From: an uncultured Actinomycetes bacterium
GTDB lineage: Bacteria; Actinomycetota; UBA4738; HRBIN12
DNA length: 64,000 bases
Reading direction: 5' to 3'
Assembly (NCBI GenBank): GCA_963704725.1
Contig: OY969934.1
Coordinates: 2,400,001 to 2,464,000, forward strand
Shown: one piece after another, positions 39,260-48,094 of the stretch
Position numbering within the stretch: the first letter of the stretch is position 1
How the letters are laid out: every line of letters begins with the position of its first letter
Translations under genes and position numbers: made by a program
The notes under the pieces: generated by a model
Told to the model about the DNA's origin: nothing
Database searches by the model: none
What the model saw: the letters and a program-made list of their open reading frames with translations, nothing else

Positions 39260-39583
39260 TCAGGCCGACCGGATCGCCCGGCGGAGCTGTTCGACCGTGG
39301 GTGACCCGGCGAGCCCGTCGGGCGTCGGGTAGACGCGACAGGACAGGCCGAAGCGTTCGCCGGCTGCGGCGAACGGATCCCGGCCGTCGAGCAGGATGGT
39401 TGGAGACCCCACGAAGCGCAGTCGCTCGGCGTCCTCCGCGGTCTCCACGCGTTCCAGGACGGGTTCGACGGACAGCCCCTCCTCGCGCATCACCCGGCGT
39501 AGTCGTTCGTACGCGGTCTGCCAGTTGGGACAGCCGTCGAAGTAGCGCAGGGTCACGTGGAAGGGTCGACCCGTCGCTTCCAT
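39260..39583 (-). CDS. Thioredoxin-like protein (DF-family / alkylmercury-lyase-associated type)
   Basis: YFDGCPNW, FVGSPTILLDGRDPF, LSCRVY, GSPT. Confidence 0.78.
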   Translation of the reverse strand: MEATGRPFHVTLRYFDGCPNWQTAYERLRRVMREEGLSVEPVLERVETAEDAERLRFVGSPTILLDGRDPFAAAGERFGLSCRVYPTPDGLAGSPTVEQLRRAIRSA

Positions 39584-39765
39584 GCCTCGAGCTCCGGGTT
39601 GCGGTGGAACCGCGGGAAGACCCATCGGAACAGGCTCAGCCCGGGCTTGCGACACCAGCAGTCCGACGAACAGCTGCACGTGACGAGACCGGCGGCCTCC
39701 CTTGCCCGGCCCACCAGGGCGAGGACCAGGTAGCCCGCCGCGAGCGAGATGACGAATCGCCGCAC
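39553..39765 (-). CDS. Small Cys-rich membrane-anchored protein
   Basis: Hydrophobic N-terminus, then CSCSSDCWC, LFRWVFP; TTGACC-N17-TAGCTT promoter just upstream. Confidence 0.65.
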   Translation of the reverse strand: MRRFVISLAAGYLVLALVGRAREAAGLVTCSCSSDCWCRKPGLSLFRWVFPRFHRNPELEAWKRRVDPST

Positions 39766-39884
39766 GCTGCCAAGCTAGGTTCGCGATCGTCGAGGGTCAA
39801 GGGAGCGGCGAGTGACGACCGTCACCTTGACCGGGAGCGGACGGACTCGCACCATGGGGCCTCGTTCCCGGCCCAGGAGGCGTC

Positions 39885-40671
39885 ATGGAGTTCGATCCCG
39901 GTCCGCCGCCCTCGATCGCGGAGGTGTTGGCCCGCGTCCTCGACTACTCGGAGCACCGTGACGACTTCTGGCTCGACTGGGGACCGATCTTCTACCGGGG
40001 CCGGCTCGACGGGAGCGCCCGATTGCTGTGTGTGGCGTCGGATCCGGGCGCGACGGAGCGCATCGCGGGCCGGACCCTCGTGGGCGACGCCGGACAGCGA
40101 GTCCAGGGCTTCCTGACGAGGCTCGGTCTCACGCGCTCCTACCTGTGCCTGAACGCGTTCGTGTACGGCATGCACCCGAGCCACTTCTTCGAGGCGCCCG
40201 AGATCCTCAACGAGCAGGCGCAGACGGACTGGCGCAACGAGCTGTTCGACAAGTCGACCCACATCACCTCGACGCTGCAGGCCGTGGTGGCGTTCGGCGC
40301 GAACGCCAAGATCGCGGTCGACCTGTGGGACGGCAAGCGAGACATCCCCGTCTTCGACGTCCACCACCCGAGCTTCCCGGACGAGGACGTGCTGCTCTCG
40401 GACTGGCGGAGCCGTGATGACGCAGCTCCGCGAGATCGTCACGCCCGACGCCGACGGCGACAACTCGGGACCGAACTACGGCTCCTCCTTCGAGGAGGCG
40501 GATTACTCTCCGATCCCCCGGTGGGACCTGCCCTTCGGCGTCCCGTCGTTCCTCGGCGACGACTCCTGGCGCCGGACCGGCCACCCGCGACGCAATACGT
40601 CCGTCGAGCGGCCGGGCGACGATCTCGACCACACGCTGATCTGGCACGCCCCGGCCACCTCGGACGGCTGA
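39885..40671 (+). CDS. Uracil-DNA glycosylase superfamily protein (family-4-like, no Fe-S), frameshifted near 40410
   Basis: ASDPGATE, GRTLVGDAG, YLCLNAF, VVAFG, HHPS; C-terminus continues in ORF 40414-40671; RBS AGGAGG. Confidence 0.75.
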
Positions 40672-40673
40672 CC

Positions 40674-42323
40674 GTGGCCGGACACCCGCCCGTCGATCCG
40701 CGGACCGAGGCCTACGGCCTCGAGGGCCACGTCGTGACGATGGACGAGCACTTCACCGAGCTCGAGCGGGGCGTCGTCTACCTGCGGGCCGGGGAGATCG
40801 GCGCCGTCGCGCCGACCGACGCCCCACCGCCGCCGGGGTTCGAGCAGGCGCCAGTCATCGCCACCGGAGGGACGATCTTCCCCGGGCTGATCGAGCTCCA
40901 CAACCACCTGACCTACGACGTCCTGCCGCTGTGGAACGTCCCGCAACGGTTCCCGAACCGAGACAAGTGGTCGGCGGGCGCGATGCAGGCGACGTACCGG
41001 AAGAACATCAGCGGTCCGATGACCGTGCTGGGTCGAACGCCGGGTCTGATCGAGGCCGTCGTGCGCTACGTGGAGGCCAAGTGCCTCCTCGGCGGCGTGA
41101 CCACCTCGCAGGGCATCGCCCTGTTCAGCAACCAGGGCGCGCAGGCGTTCTTCCACGGCGTCGTCCGCAACGTCGAGAGCAGCACGATCCCGGGGATGCC
41201 GCCGGCGCTCACGCGGATCGGCGACGTCGAGGCGACGGACGTGGCGGCGTTCCTCCACCGGCTCGAGTCGAGCACCTGCCTGCTCCTGCACCTTTCGGAA
41301 GGGACCGACGTGGCGGCGCACGAGCACTTCGAGGCCCTGCACATCGCGGACGACGAGTGGGCGATCACCCCCGCGCTCGCCGGGATCCACAGCGTGGCGC
41401 TGGAGGGAGCCGACTTCGACGTGGTGGCCGAGCGCGGCGGCTCGATGGTGTGGTCCCCCTTCAGCAACCTGCTGCTGTACGGGGACACGGCGAAGATCGG
41501 CCTGGCCAGGTCCGCGGGCGTCACGATCGGACTGGGGTCGGACTGGTCGCCGAGCGGGAGCAAGAACCTGCTCGGCGAGCTGAAGGTGGCCCGCCTGTTC
41601 GACGCCGGTCGGGACGTGTTCGCGCACGACCGGGACCTCGTGGCGACGGCGACGCGGGATGCAGCGCGGGTCCTTCATTGGGACACCAAGGCCGGATCGC
41701 TCGAGCCGGGGAAGCGGGCCGACCTGCTCGTCCTCACCGGCCGAGCGGGAGACGCGTACGAGCGGCTGCTCGGCGCCCGGGAGACCTCGATCCGGATGGT
41801 GGCGATCGACGGCGTGCCCCGGTGCGGCGCGGTCGAGCTCATGGGCGAGTTCGACCTCGGGCCGGGGACGGAGCGGATCACGGTGGGCGACTCCGAGCGG
41901 GTCCTCAACCTCGCCGACCCCCAGGCCAACCCGATCATCGAGGCGCTGTCGCTGGCGGAGGCGACCGACCGCCTGCAGGAGGCCATGTCCGAGCTGCCCG
42001 AGCTGGCGAAAGGGTTGGAGAGTCCCTCCGCGTCGCTGTCGGCGGCGCTCGCCTCGGGGAGCGAGACGAGGTGGATGCTGCTGCTCGACCACGAGGAGCC
42101 GGCCGGGCTCGATCAGCGACCGCACCTGCCGGGGCCGGACGGGCTGCCCACGGCCGAGCTGCCGCTCGACCTCGCGCTCGCCAGCACGCCCCTGTCCGAG
42201 CTCCTCGAGCCGATCGCCCTCGACCCGCTCACCGTGTCCGACGACGGCACCTTCCTCGGGCGCGTGGCCGAGGAGATGAACCTGCCCGACGGGATCAAGC
42301 AGGGGCTGCCGGCCCTGTACTGA
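40674..42323 (+). CDS. Metal-dependent amidohydrolase (MTA/SAH- or guanine-deaminase-like)
   Basis: PGLIELHNH, LHLSEG, IHSVAL, WSPFSN, LGSDWSPSG, GSLEPGKRADL; GTG 2 bp after the UDG stop. Confidence 0.85.
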   Translation: MAGHPPVDPRTEAYGLEGHVVTMDEHFTELERGVVYLRAGEIGAVAPTDAPPPPGFEQAPVIATGGTIFPGLIELHNHLTYDVLPLWNVPQRFPNRDKWSAGAMQATYRKNISGPMTVLGRTPGLIEAVVRYVEAKCLLGGVTTSQGIALFSNQGAQAFFHGVVRNVESSTIPGMPPALTRIGDVEATDVAAFLHRLESSTCLLLHLSEGTDVAAHEHFEALHIADDEWAITPALAGIHSVALEGADFDVVAERGGSMVWSPFSNLLLYGDTAKIGLARSAGVTIGLGSDWSPSGSKNLLGELKVARLFDAGRDVFAHDRDLVATATRDAARVLHWDTKAGSLEPGKRADLLVLTGRAGDAYERLLGARETSIRMVAIDGVPRCGAVELMGEFDLGPGTERITVGDSERVLNLADPQANPIIEALSLAEATDRLQEAMSELPELAKGLESPSASLSAALASGSETRWMLLLDHEEPAGLDQRPHLPGPDGLPTAELPLDLALASTPLSELLEPIALDPLTVSDDGTFLGRVAEEMNLPDGIKQGLPALY

Positions 42324-42348
42324 ACCGGCGCCCCGAGGAGGGAGACGC

Positions 42349-43707
42349 GTGCCCAGGATCATCGACCAGGACCTCCAGGCCACCGGCGTCGCCTCGGTGA
42401 TCGTCGTCCTGCGACCACCGTCGGCGGCCGCGGCTGCGGCCACGAACGTGCGAGACCTCGAGCGACACTTCACGCGCTCCGAGCGGAGCCACGAGGCCGC
42501 GCTCGGCCGCGAGGCGCGGTCGCGAGCCGCGCGCCGGCGCCGGAGCGGGCGTTCGCGCGCGGACGCGGAGGCGGCCGCGGCCGAGCCGCTCCGGGCGGCG
42601 GCGGCCTTCGAGCTTCGGCCGGTCGTCGCCGACGTGGACGACCCTGAGACCGAACCACCTCCCCTCGTCCGGTACTTCCCGAACCTGGGCGTGGCCTTCG
42701 GCACCGTCACCCGCGAGGGACTCGACGGGCTGACCGCCGACCCGCAGGTCGGGACGGTCCTCGGGGCGCCCCAGCTCAGCCTGATCCGCCCGACGAAGGT
42801 CGCCGCCGGCAGCGACGAGCGATCGGTCACGTGGGGCATCGAGGCGCTCGGCGTCCCCGAGCTCTGGTCGCAGGGGCTGTCGGGCGAGGGCGTCGTGGTC
42901 GGACACCTCGACACGGGGGCCGACGGGACCCATCCCGGGCTCGTGGAGGCGATCGCGCACTTCGCCGAGTTCGACCTCTTCGGGCGCCAGGTCGTCCCGG
43001 ACCCGGATCCGCACGACACGGGCGAGCACGGCACCCACACCGCCGGCACGATCGCCGGGCGTTCCGTCGACGGGCGCTCGTTCGGCGTGGCCCCCGGCGC
43101 GACGCTGGCCAGCGCGATCGTCATCGAGGGCGGCGAGGTCGTCGCCCGCATCCTCGGCGGCATGGACTGGGTCGTCGGGCAGGGGGCGCGCGTGCTCAGC
43201 ATGTCGCTCGGACTGCGCGGGTTCGCCGAGGACTTCGAGCCTCTCACGGACATCCTGCGCGCGAACGGCGTCCTGCCCGTGTTCGCGGTGGGGAACGAGG
43301 GACCGGGGACGAGCCGGTCGCCCGGAAACTACTCGGCCGCGCTTTCGATCGGCGCGATGGGCCCGAGTCGAGCCATCGCGTCGTTCTCCTCGAGCCAGGA
43401 GTTCGACCGGCCGGACGACGCGATCGTCCCCGACCTGGTCGCCCCCGGCGTCGACGTGGAGTCGGCGATGCCGGGCGGCGGCTTCCAGATCATGGACGGG
43501 ACCTCGATGGCCACGCCGCACGTCGCCGGCCTGGCCGCGCTGCTGTTCCAGGCCAAGCCCGAGGCGACCGTCGTCGAGGTCGAGGCAGCGCTGTTCGGGT
43601 CCTGCGTGCTCGAGCCGGGGTGGGAGGCCGAGCGAGCCGGGCGCGGCATGCCGCACGGGCCGGCCGCGCTGCAGCTCCTCGATGGGGGGTCGGGCGTCCC
43701 GGCCTGA
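42349..43707 (+). CDS. S8 subtilisin-like serine protease without signal peptide
   Basis: HLDTG, HGTHTAG, AVGNEG, GTSMATPHVAG; RBS GAGGAGG. Confidence 0.92.
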   Translation: MPRIIDQDLQATGVASVIVVLRPPSAAAAAATNVRDLERHFTRSERSHEAALGREARSRAARRRRSGRSRADAEAAAAEPLRAAAAFELRPVVADVDDPETEPPPLVRYFPNLGVAFGTVTREGLDGLTADPQVGTVLGAPQLSLIRPTKVAAGSDERSVTWGIEALGVPELWSQGLSGEGVVVGHLDTGADGTHPGLVEAIAHFAEFDLFGRQVVPDPDPHDTGEHGTHTAGTIAGRSVDGRSFGVAPGATLASAIVIEGGEVVARILGGMDWVVGQGARVLSMSLGLRGFAEDFEPLTDILRANGVLPVFAVGNEGPGTSRSPGNYSAALSIGAMGPSRAIASFSSSQEFDRPDDAIVPDLVAPGVDVESAMPGGGFQIMDGTSMATPHVAGLAALLFQAKPEATVVEVEAALFGSCVLEPGWEAERAGRGMPHGPAALQLLDGGSGVPA

Positions 43708-43748
43708 GGCCTGGGTAGCATCGGGTCCGGACCGAGGAGGCCCGCCCG

Positions 43749-44084
43749 ATGAGCGCTGCCGAAGCTGAGTCGAAAGCCGACGGCGAGCTGCAGCGTCAGC
43801 TCCGCGAGGCCGGCGAGGACGAGCCGGTCGAGGCCGTGTTCGTGCTGCACCGCCCGGACCGGGACGCGCTCCCCCCCGACGTGGTCCAGGGGCTGGCCGA
43901 CCGGCTCATCGACGAGGTGCAGACCGAGACGGGCTCGGCGGTCCACGACCGGAACGTGTTCCGCCACATGGGCTCGTTCGTCGTGGCCGCGAAGCCCGCG
44001 GTCATCCGCCGCCTCCTCGAGCGCCCGGAGGTGGCGTCGGCGCTCGCCAACCGCCGCCCCGGCCGGACCGATGGTCCGAGCTGA
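43749..44084 (+). CDS. Small protein resembling a stand-alone subtilase propeptide / I9 inhibitor
   Basis: EPVEAVFVL...VFRHMGSFVVAA...IRRLLERPEVASA; RBS GAGGAGG. Confidence 0.6.
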   Translation: MSAAEAESKADGELQRQLREAGEDEPVEAVFVLHRPDRDALPPDVVQGLADRLIDEVQTETGSAVHDRNVFRHMGSFVVAAKPAVIRRLLERPEVASALANRRPGRTDGPS

Positions 44085-44396
44085 GCCATCCCACGGGCCT
44101 TTGACCGTGTGCCCCGGGTGCCGGGCCGAGCTCCCGCCCACGGGCTGGGTCCTCGATCGCCCCATGAACGCCTCGGGCGAGTGCTGGCAGGTGCACGGCG
44201 AGGTGGTCGGCTTCGAGCTGAACCACCCCTCCCTCTCGTGGGGCGGTTCCATCAGCTCACGGTCGACGCGTACGGCGCACAGCACGCGGTCTGGGAGACG
44301 TGGGCGGCGGAGCACGACGCCGTCGCGGGGCTCGCGGTCCGCCTCGACCTCACGGAGGATCGCCGGGCGTCCCGGCGAGGTCGACCTCGAACATGA
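44071..44396 (+). pseudogene. DUF5946-like pseudogene
   Basis: CPGC, NASGECW, HQLTVDAYGAQH; +2 CT slip near 44236; appears internally deleted after AQHA. Confidence 0.65.
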
Positions 44397-44802
44397 CGTG
44401 ACGGTTGCCGTCCCAGATCCCGCCTGCCTTGCCGTACATGGCCATCGCCGCGGGGTTGCCCTCGTCGGTGAGGACCCAGATCAGCCGGCACCCGAGCTCG
44501 GTCCCCAGCCGCTTGAGCTCCTCGAGGAGGGCCGAGCCCGCGCCACGCCGCCGGTACCGCTCGATCACGCCGATCTCGTTCAGGAAGAGCTCGGGTCCGC
44601 GCTTGTCCGGATGCAGGAGCTCGGTGGCCGAGACGAAGCCGGCGGGCTCGCCGTCCACGTACGCGACCATGAGGTGGTGCCGCCGGTCGGCGAGGAACTC
44701 CCTCGTCGCCTCGAGATCGACGGGGTCGTCGAAGGCCTCCTCGAACCGAGCGACCTCGCCCTCGTCGCCGGGCTCCATGCGACGCGTCACGACTGCGCCC
44801 AC
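44350..44802 (-). CDS. GNAT N-acetyltransferase
   Basis: LFLNEIGV, RRRGAGSAL, WVLTDEGN-AAMAMY. Confidence 0.85.
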   Translation of the reverse strand: MGAVVTRRMEPGDEGEVARFEEAFDDPVDLEATREFLADRRHHLMVAYVDGEPAGFVSATELLHPDKRGPELFLNEIGVIERYRRRGAGSALLEELKRLGTELGCRLIWVLTDEGNPAAMAMYGKAGGIWDGNRHVMFEVDLAGTPGDPP

Positions 44803-44877
44803 GGTGGGATCACGCTCCTGTTGCCGGTCCGAGCCGGCACGACAGCCTAGAGGACCCGCCGCGCTCGGACCGGGGAG

Positions 44878-45336
44878 CTAGCCACCGAAGGCCGCGGCGG
44901 CCGCCCGGACGACCTCCTCCTTCGGGACCTCGCGGATGCGCTGTGCCAGCCCCCAGCGATGCCCGAACGGATCTCGCACCTGTCCGTAGCGATGCCCCAG
45001 ACGCCGAGTGGCTGCAGGGCCTCGGCCTCCGCCTCCGTCACCCGGCGCCATAACCCCTCGACGTCGTCCGTGGAGATGTGCAGCACCGTCGCCGTTCCGC
45101 CGAAGCTCAGGGGGGAGACCCCCATCTCGGGGAACTCGTCGGCCACCATGACGGCCGAGTCCCCGAACCACAGCTCCACGTACATCAGCTTGCCGCCGGG
45201 GACCGGGAGGCGGTCGCGCTCCCTCGCGCCCCGGGGCCGACGCGTACCACTCGGCGGCGCGAGCGGCCCGGACGACGATGTGCGGCGTGATCGTGTGCAG
45301 TCCCTCGGGAACGGGCTTCACCTCGGAAGTCGTCAC
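44878..45336 (-). pseudogene. VOC/PhnB family pseudogene
   Basis: PEGLHTITPH, ELWFGDSAVMVADEFPE, GHRYGQVRDPFGHRW split by frameshifts near 45235 and 45000. Confidence 0.8.
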
Positions 45337-46595
45337 GGGCTCCTCCTCTCGACGACGCGCATCGTCCATCGTCCCCTCGGTCCACCGGCCGCCGCGAGGC
45401 CGACCGCCGCCACCGCCGCGACGGCGGCGCCGGCGACGCTGAGCGCGGGCATCCCCCCGACCCCCACGACCAGCCCGGCGGCGGGGGCTCCCACGGCCGC
45501 GGCGGCGCTCATCGCCACCTCGCCGATGCCCTCCACGCCGGCTCGGATCCGATCCGGAACCGACGCGGCCAGCAGCGCGCTCGCCCCGACCATCCCGGCG
45601 TTCCACGAGACGCCGATCAGGAGCAGGTAGACGGTCATGGCCGACGCGCCGTCGAGGTCGAGCACGGCGCCGGCCAAGCCCACGGCGACGAGCAGCGCCA
45701 TCCCGCACGCCGCGACGAACACGGGACCGGCGCGATCGACGAGCCGGCCCGTCGCGATCGAAGGTCCGAACATCCCGGCCACGTGGATGCTGACGATGAA
45801 GCCCACCGCGTTCAGGTCATGACCGTGATCGACGAGATGGACCGGCGCGACGGCCATCGTGGCCACCATGACGAGGTTCGTGGCGGCGAGCACGCCGAGC
45901 GCGAGCCGGGCGCGTGCCGAGCGCAGGCCTTCCAGGACGCCGGTCGCGATCCGGCCCGAGATCCCCGGCCCATGGAGCGACCCACCCGGGCGCGAGCCTC
46001 CTCGCACGACCGACGCGGCGACGGCGAACGCGGGTGCTGCGACGAGGTAGAGACCCGTCAGCTCGGGGAGCCCGGCCGCGGACGCCACCCGTCCGGCGGG
46101 ACCGAGGAGGTTCGGGCTCGCCACGGCTCCCACGGCCGCGGCGAATAGCACGGCACCGAGCCCTCGGCCCCGGGCCGCCGGGCCGGCCAGGTCGGCGGCC
46201 GCGTACCGGCTCAGGAACACCGAGGCGCTCGCGCCGCCGAGGAGGAAGCTCCCGGCCAGGACCCCGGCCAGGCTCCCGGCGATCCCGGCGGCCGTCACGA
46301 CGAGCGCGCCCACGCATCCCGCCGCGTAGCCGAGCGACAGGCCTGCGGCACGTCCGAGCCGGGCCGCCCGCCGGGCGATCGCGAGCGCACTCACCGCGGA
46401 ACCCGCGATGAGGAAGCCGAGCGGGATCCCGGCCGCCGCAGGCGAGTGGCGGATCTCCGCCGCGAGCAGCGGGCCCGCCGTCCCGCCCGCCGCCAGGCCG
46501 AGGCTGCCGATCGCCGTCGCAACGGCGAGGCACCGGAGCCGTCGCCGCGCGTCGTCGGGAGCCTGGAGCCGGAGCGAGGACGGCCGATCGAACAT
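45333..46595 (-). CDS. MFS transporter
   Basis: SRYAAADLA, VMVATM, SIHVAGMFGPS; multiple TM segments. Confidence 0.85.
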   Translation of the reverse strand: MFDRPSSLRLQAPDDARRRLRCLAVATAIGSLGLAAGGTAGPLLAAEIRHSPAAAGIPLGFLIAGSAVSALAIARRAARLGRAAGLSLGYAAGCVGALVVTAAGIAGSLAGVLAGSFLLGGASASVFLSRYAAADLAGPAARGRGLGAVLFAAAVGAVASPNLLGPAGRVASAAGLPELTGLYLVAAPAFAVAASVVRGGSRPGGSLHGPGISGRIATGVLEGLRSARARLALGVLAATNLVMVATMAVAPVHLVDHGHDLNAVGFIVSIHVAGMFGPSIATGRLVDRAGPVFVAACGMALLVAVGLAGAVLDLDGASAMTVYLLLIGVSWNAGMVGASALLAASVPDRIRAGVEGIGEVAMSAAAAVGAPAAGLVVGVGGMPALSVAGAAVAAVAAVGLAAAGGPRGRWTMRVVERRSP

Positions 46596-46624
46596 GCTCC
46601 GACCCTAGGACGCGGTTCCCGCCG

Positions 46625-46644
46625 GGGTCTTGAACCGAACGGAC
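46625..46644 (-). promoter_or_regulatory. 20-bp motif, copy 1 (upstream of MFS)
   Basis: GGGTCTTGAACCGAACGGAC, 19/20 identical to the copy at 48037. Confidence 0.65.
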
Positions 46645-46668
46645 GAACCGAGGCCGGTGGCCCGGCGA

Positions 46669-47529
46669 TCAGACGGGAGCCGTCGCCCGCAGCAGGGCGA
46701 GACCGGCGTGGGCGAACGACGCGCGGTGATCGTGCGTGGGCGAGCAGTTCATCGCGAGCTCGCGGACGAAGGCCCTCGGGGTGAGTCCGCTCAGGTTCGA
46801 GCACTCCCGGCTGAGGTGCGCCTGGTCCGCGTAGCCGGACCGCGCGGCGAGCTCGGCCAGCGGCCGGCGCGTTCCGCCGTCGGCGTTCACGAGCGCCAGG
46901 AATCCCTGGAACCGCAGGATCCGGTGCAGCGCCTTCGGGCCGAGTCCGACGGCGGTCACGCACCGCCGTCGGAGCTGACGCTCCGAGATGAACAGGGACG
47001 CCGCGGCCGCGCCCGCCCCGCGCCAGGGCTGGAGCCGGTCGACCACCTCGACGACCAACGGATCGGGCTCCGTCGCCGGGCTCGCCCGCTCCCCAACCAT
47101 GGTCTCCAGACGGGCCATCGCTTCATCGGACGTGGAGGCGTCCCCCAGCCGCTCCGCGAGCTCGAACGCCCGCCGCCCCCACAGGCGGTCGAGCTCGATC
47201 TCGCGATCGACGAGCTCGGGGGCGGGCACGCCGAGGATCGACGGCGCCGCCCCAGGCCGGAACCGGATCCCCACGACCGCGCTGCCGGGATCGAGCGTCC
47301 CCACCGCGTGGAACCGGCGAGGACCGATCACGAGGGGAACCTCCGAGCCGACCCGGCAGGCGATCTCCGCCACCCCGTTCGGGACGGTCCGGTGACGGTA
47401 CGGCTCGGAGCCGGCCGGCACGTGCTGGACCCACACGCACGACGCGTACGGCGCGAGCCGCGGGTGCACGGACCGCTCGCGATAGCTCTGCGCCTCTAAG
47501 CGGTCCCGGATCGCGGGGGCGCCCGTCAC
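46669..47529 (-). CDS. AraC family regulator (DUF6597-type N-terminus)
   Basis: ISERQLRRR, VGLGPK, LRFQ, GYADQAHLSRE, GLTP. Confidence 0.9.
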   Translation of the reverse strand: MTGAPAIRDRLEAQSYRERSVHPRLAPYASCVWVQHVPAGSEPYRHRTVPNGVAEIACRVGSEVPLVIGPRRFHAVGTLDPGSAVVGIRFRPGAAPSILGVPAPELVDREIELDRLWGRRAFELAERLGDASTSDEAMARLETMVGERASPATEPDPLVVEVVDRLQPWRGAGAAAASLFISERQLRRRCVTAVGLGPKALHRILRFQGFLALVNADGGTRRPLAELAARSGYADQAHLSRECSNLSGLTPRAFVRELAMNCSPTHDHRASFAHAGLALLRATAPV

Positions 47530-47945
47530 GCCACCTCGAACTCCGGGTTCCACGCGACCTCCCACACGTGATCGTCCGGATCCTGGAAGTACCCGGCGTA
47601 ACCGCCGTAGAACGTGTCACTCGGGGGTTTGACGACCCTCGCGCCCGCCTCCTCGGCCTGCCGCATGATCGCGTCCACCTCGTCCTTGCCGCCGACGTTG
47701 TGGGCGATCGTGAACTCGGTGGGGCTGCGGGGGCCCTCGGAGATGCCCGTGTCGTGCGCGATGTCTCGGCGAGGCCACACCGCGAGCTTCAGGCCCGCCT
47801 GCAGGTCGAAGAACGCCACCGCCCCGTGCTCGAACTCCGTGCCGACGATCCCCGCGGTCGGCAGCCTCAGGCCGTCCCGATAGAAGCGGACGGACGCCTC
47901 GAGGTCGTCCACCCCGAGCGTGAGGAGCGTGATCCGCGGGTGCAT
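47526..47945 (-). CDS. VOC/glyoxalase family protein
   Basis: PRITLLTLGVDDL, FYRDGL, FYGGYAGYFQDPDDHVWEVAWNP. Confidence 0.92.
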   Translation of the reverse strand: MHPRITLLTLGVDDLEASVRFYRDGLRLPTAGIVGTEFEHGAVAFFDLQAGLKLAVWPRRDIAHDTGISEGPRSPTEFTIAHNVGGKDEVDAIMRQAEEAGARVVKPPSDTFYGGYAGYFQDPDDHVWEVAWNPEFEVA

Positions 47946-48036
47946 GGGTTCCCCTTCCGAGCGGGAGGCGCGTCTGACGATGGTGCCAACGTCCAGGCCG
48001 AGGGTCAAGACTGCATCCTGTCGCCGAGATCGCCCC

Positions 48037-48056
48037 GGGTCTTGAACGGAACGGAC
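48037..48056 (-). promoter_or_regulatory. 20-bp motif, copy 2 (upstream of VOC-araC)
   Basis: GGGTCTTGAACGGAACGGAC. Confidence 0.65.
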
Positions 48057-48094
48057 ACGCGACGCGTGCCCGAACGAGGTCCGGCGGGAGGCCG

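Noticed and set aside
39260-39583. Selenoprotein
   Set aside because: Both redox positions are Cys codons; no in-frame TGA
39885-42323. 812-aa ORF as a genuine single UDG-amidohydrolase fusion
   Set aside because: The linker is R/G-rich off-frame sequence, while the +1 frame encodes a protein-like C-terminus that stops 2 bp before the amidohydrolase GTG; treated as two genes plus a frameshift
40503-43253. 916-aa antisense ORF
   Set aside because: Antisense shadow of the amidohydrolase and subtilase; no motifs
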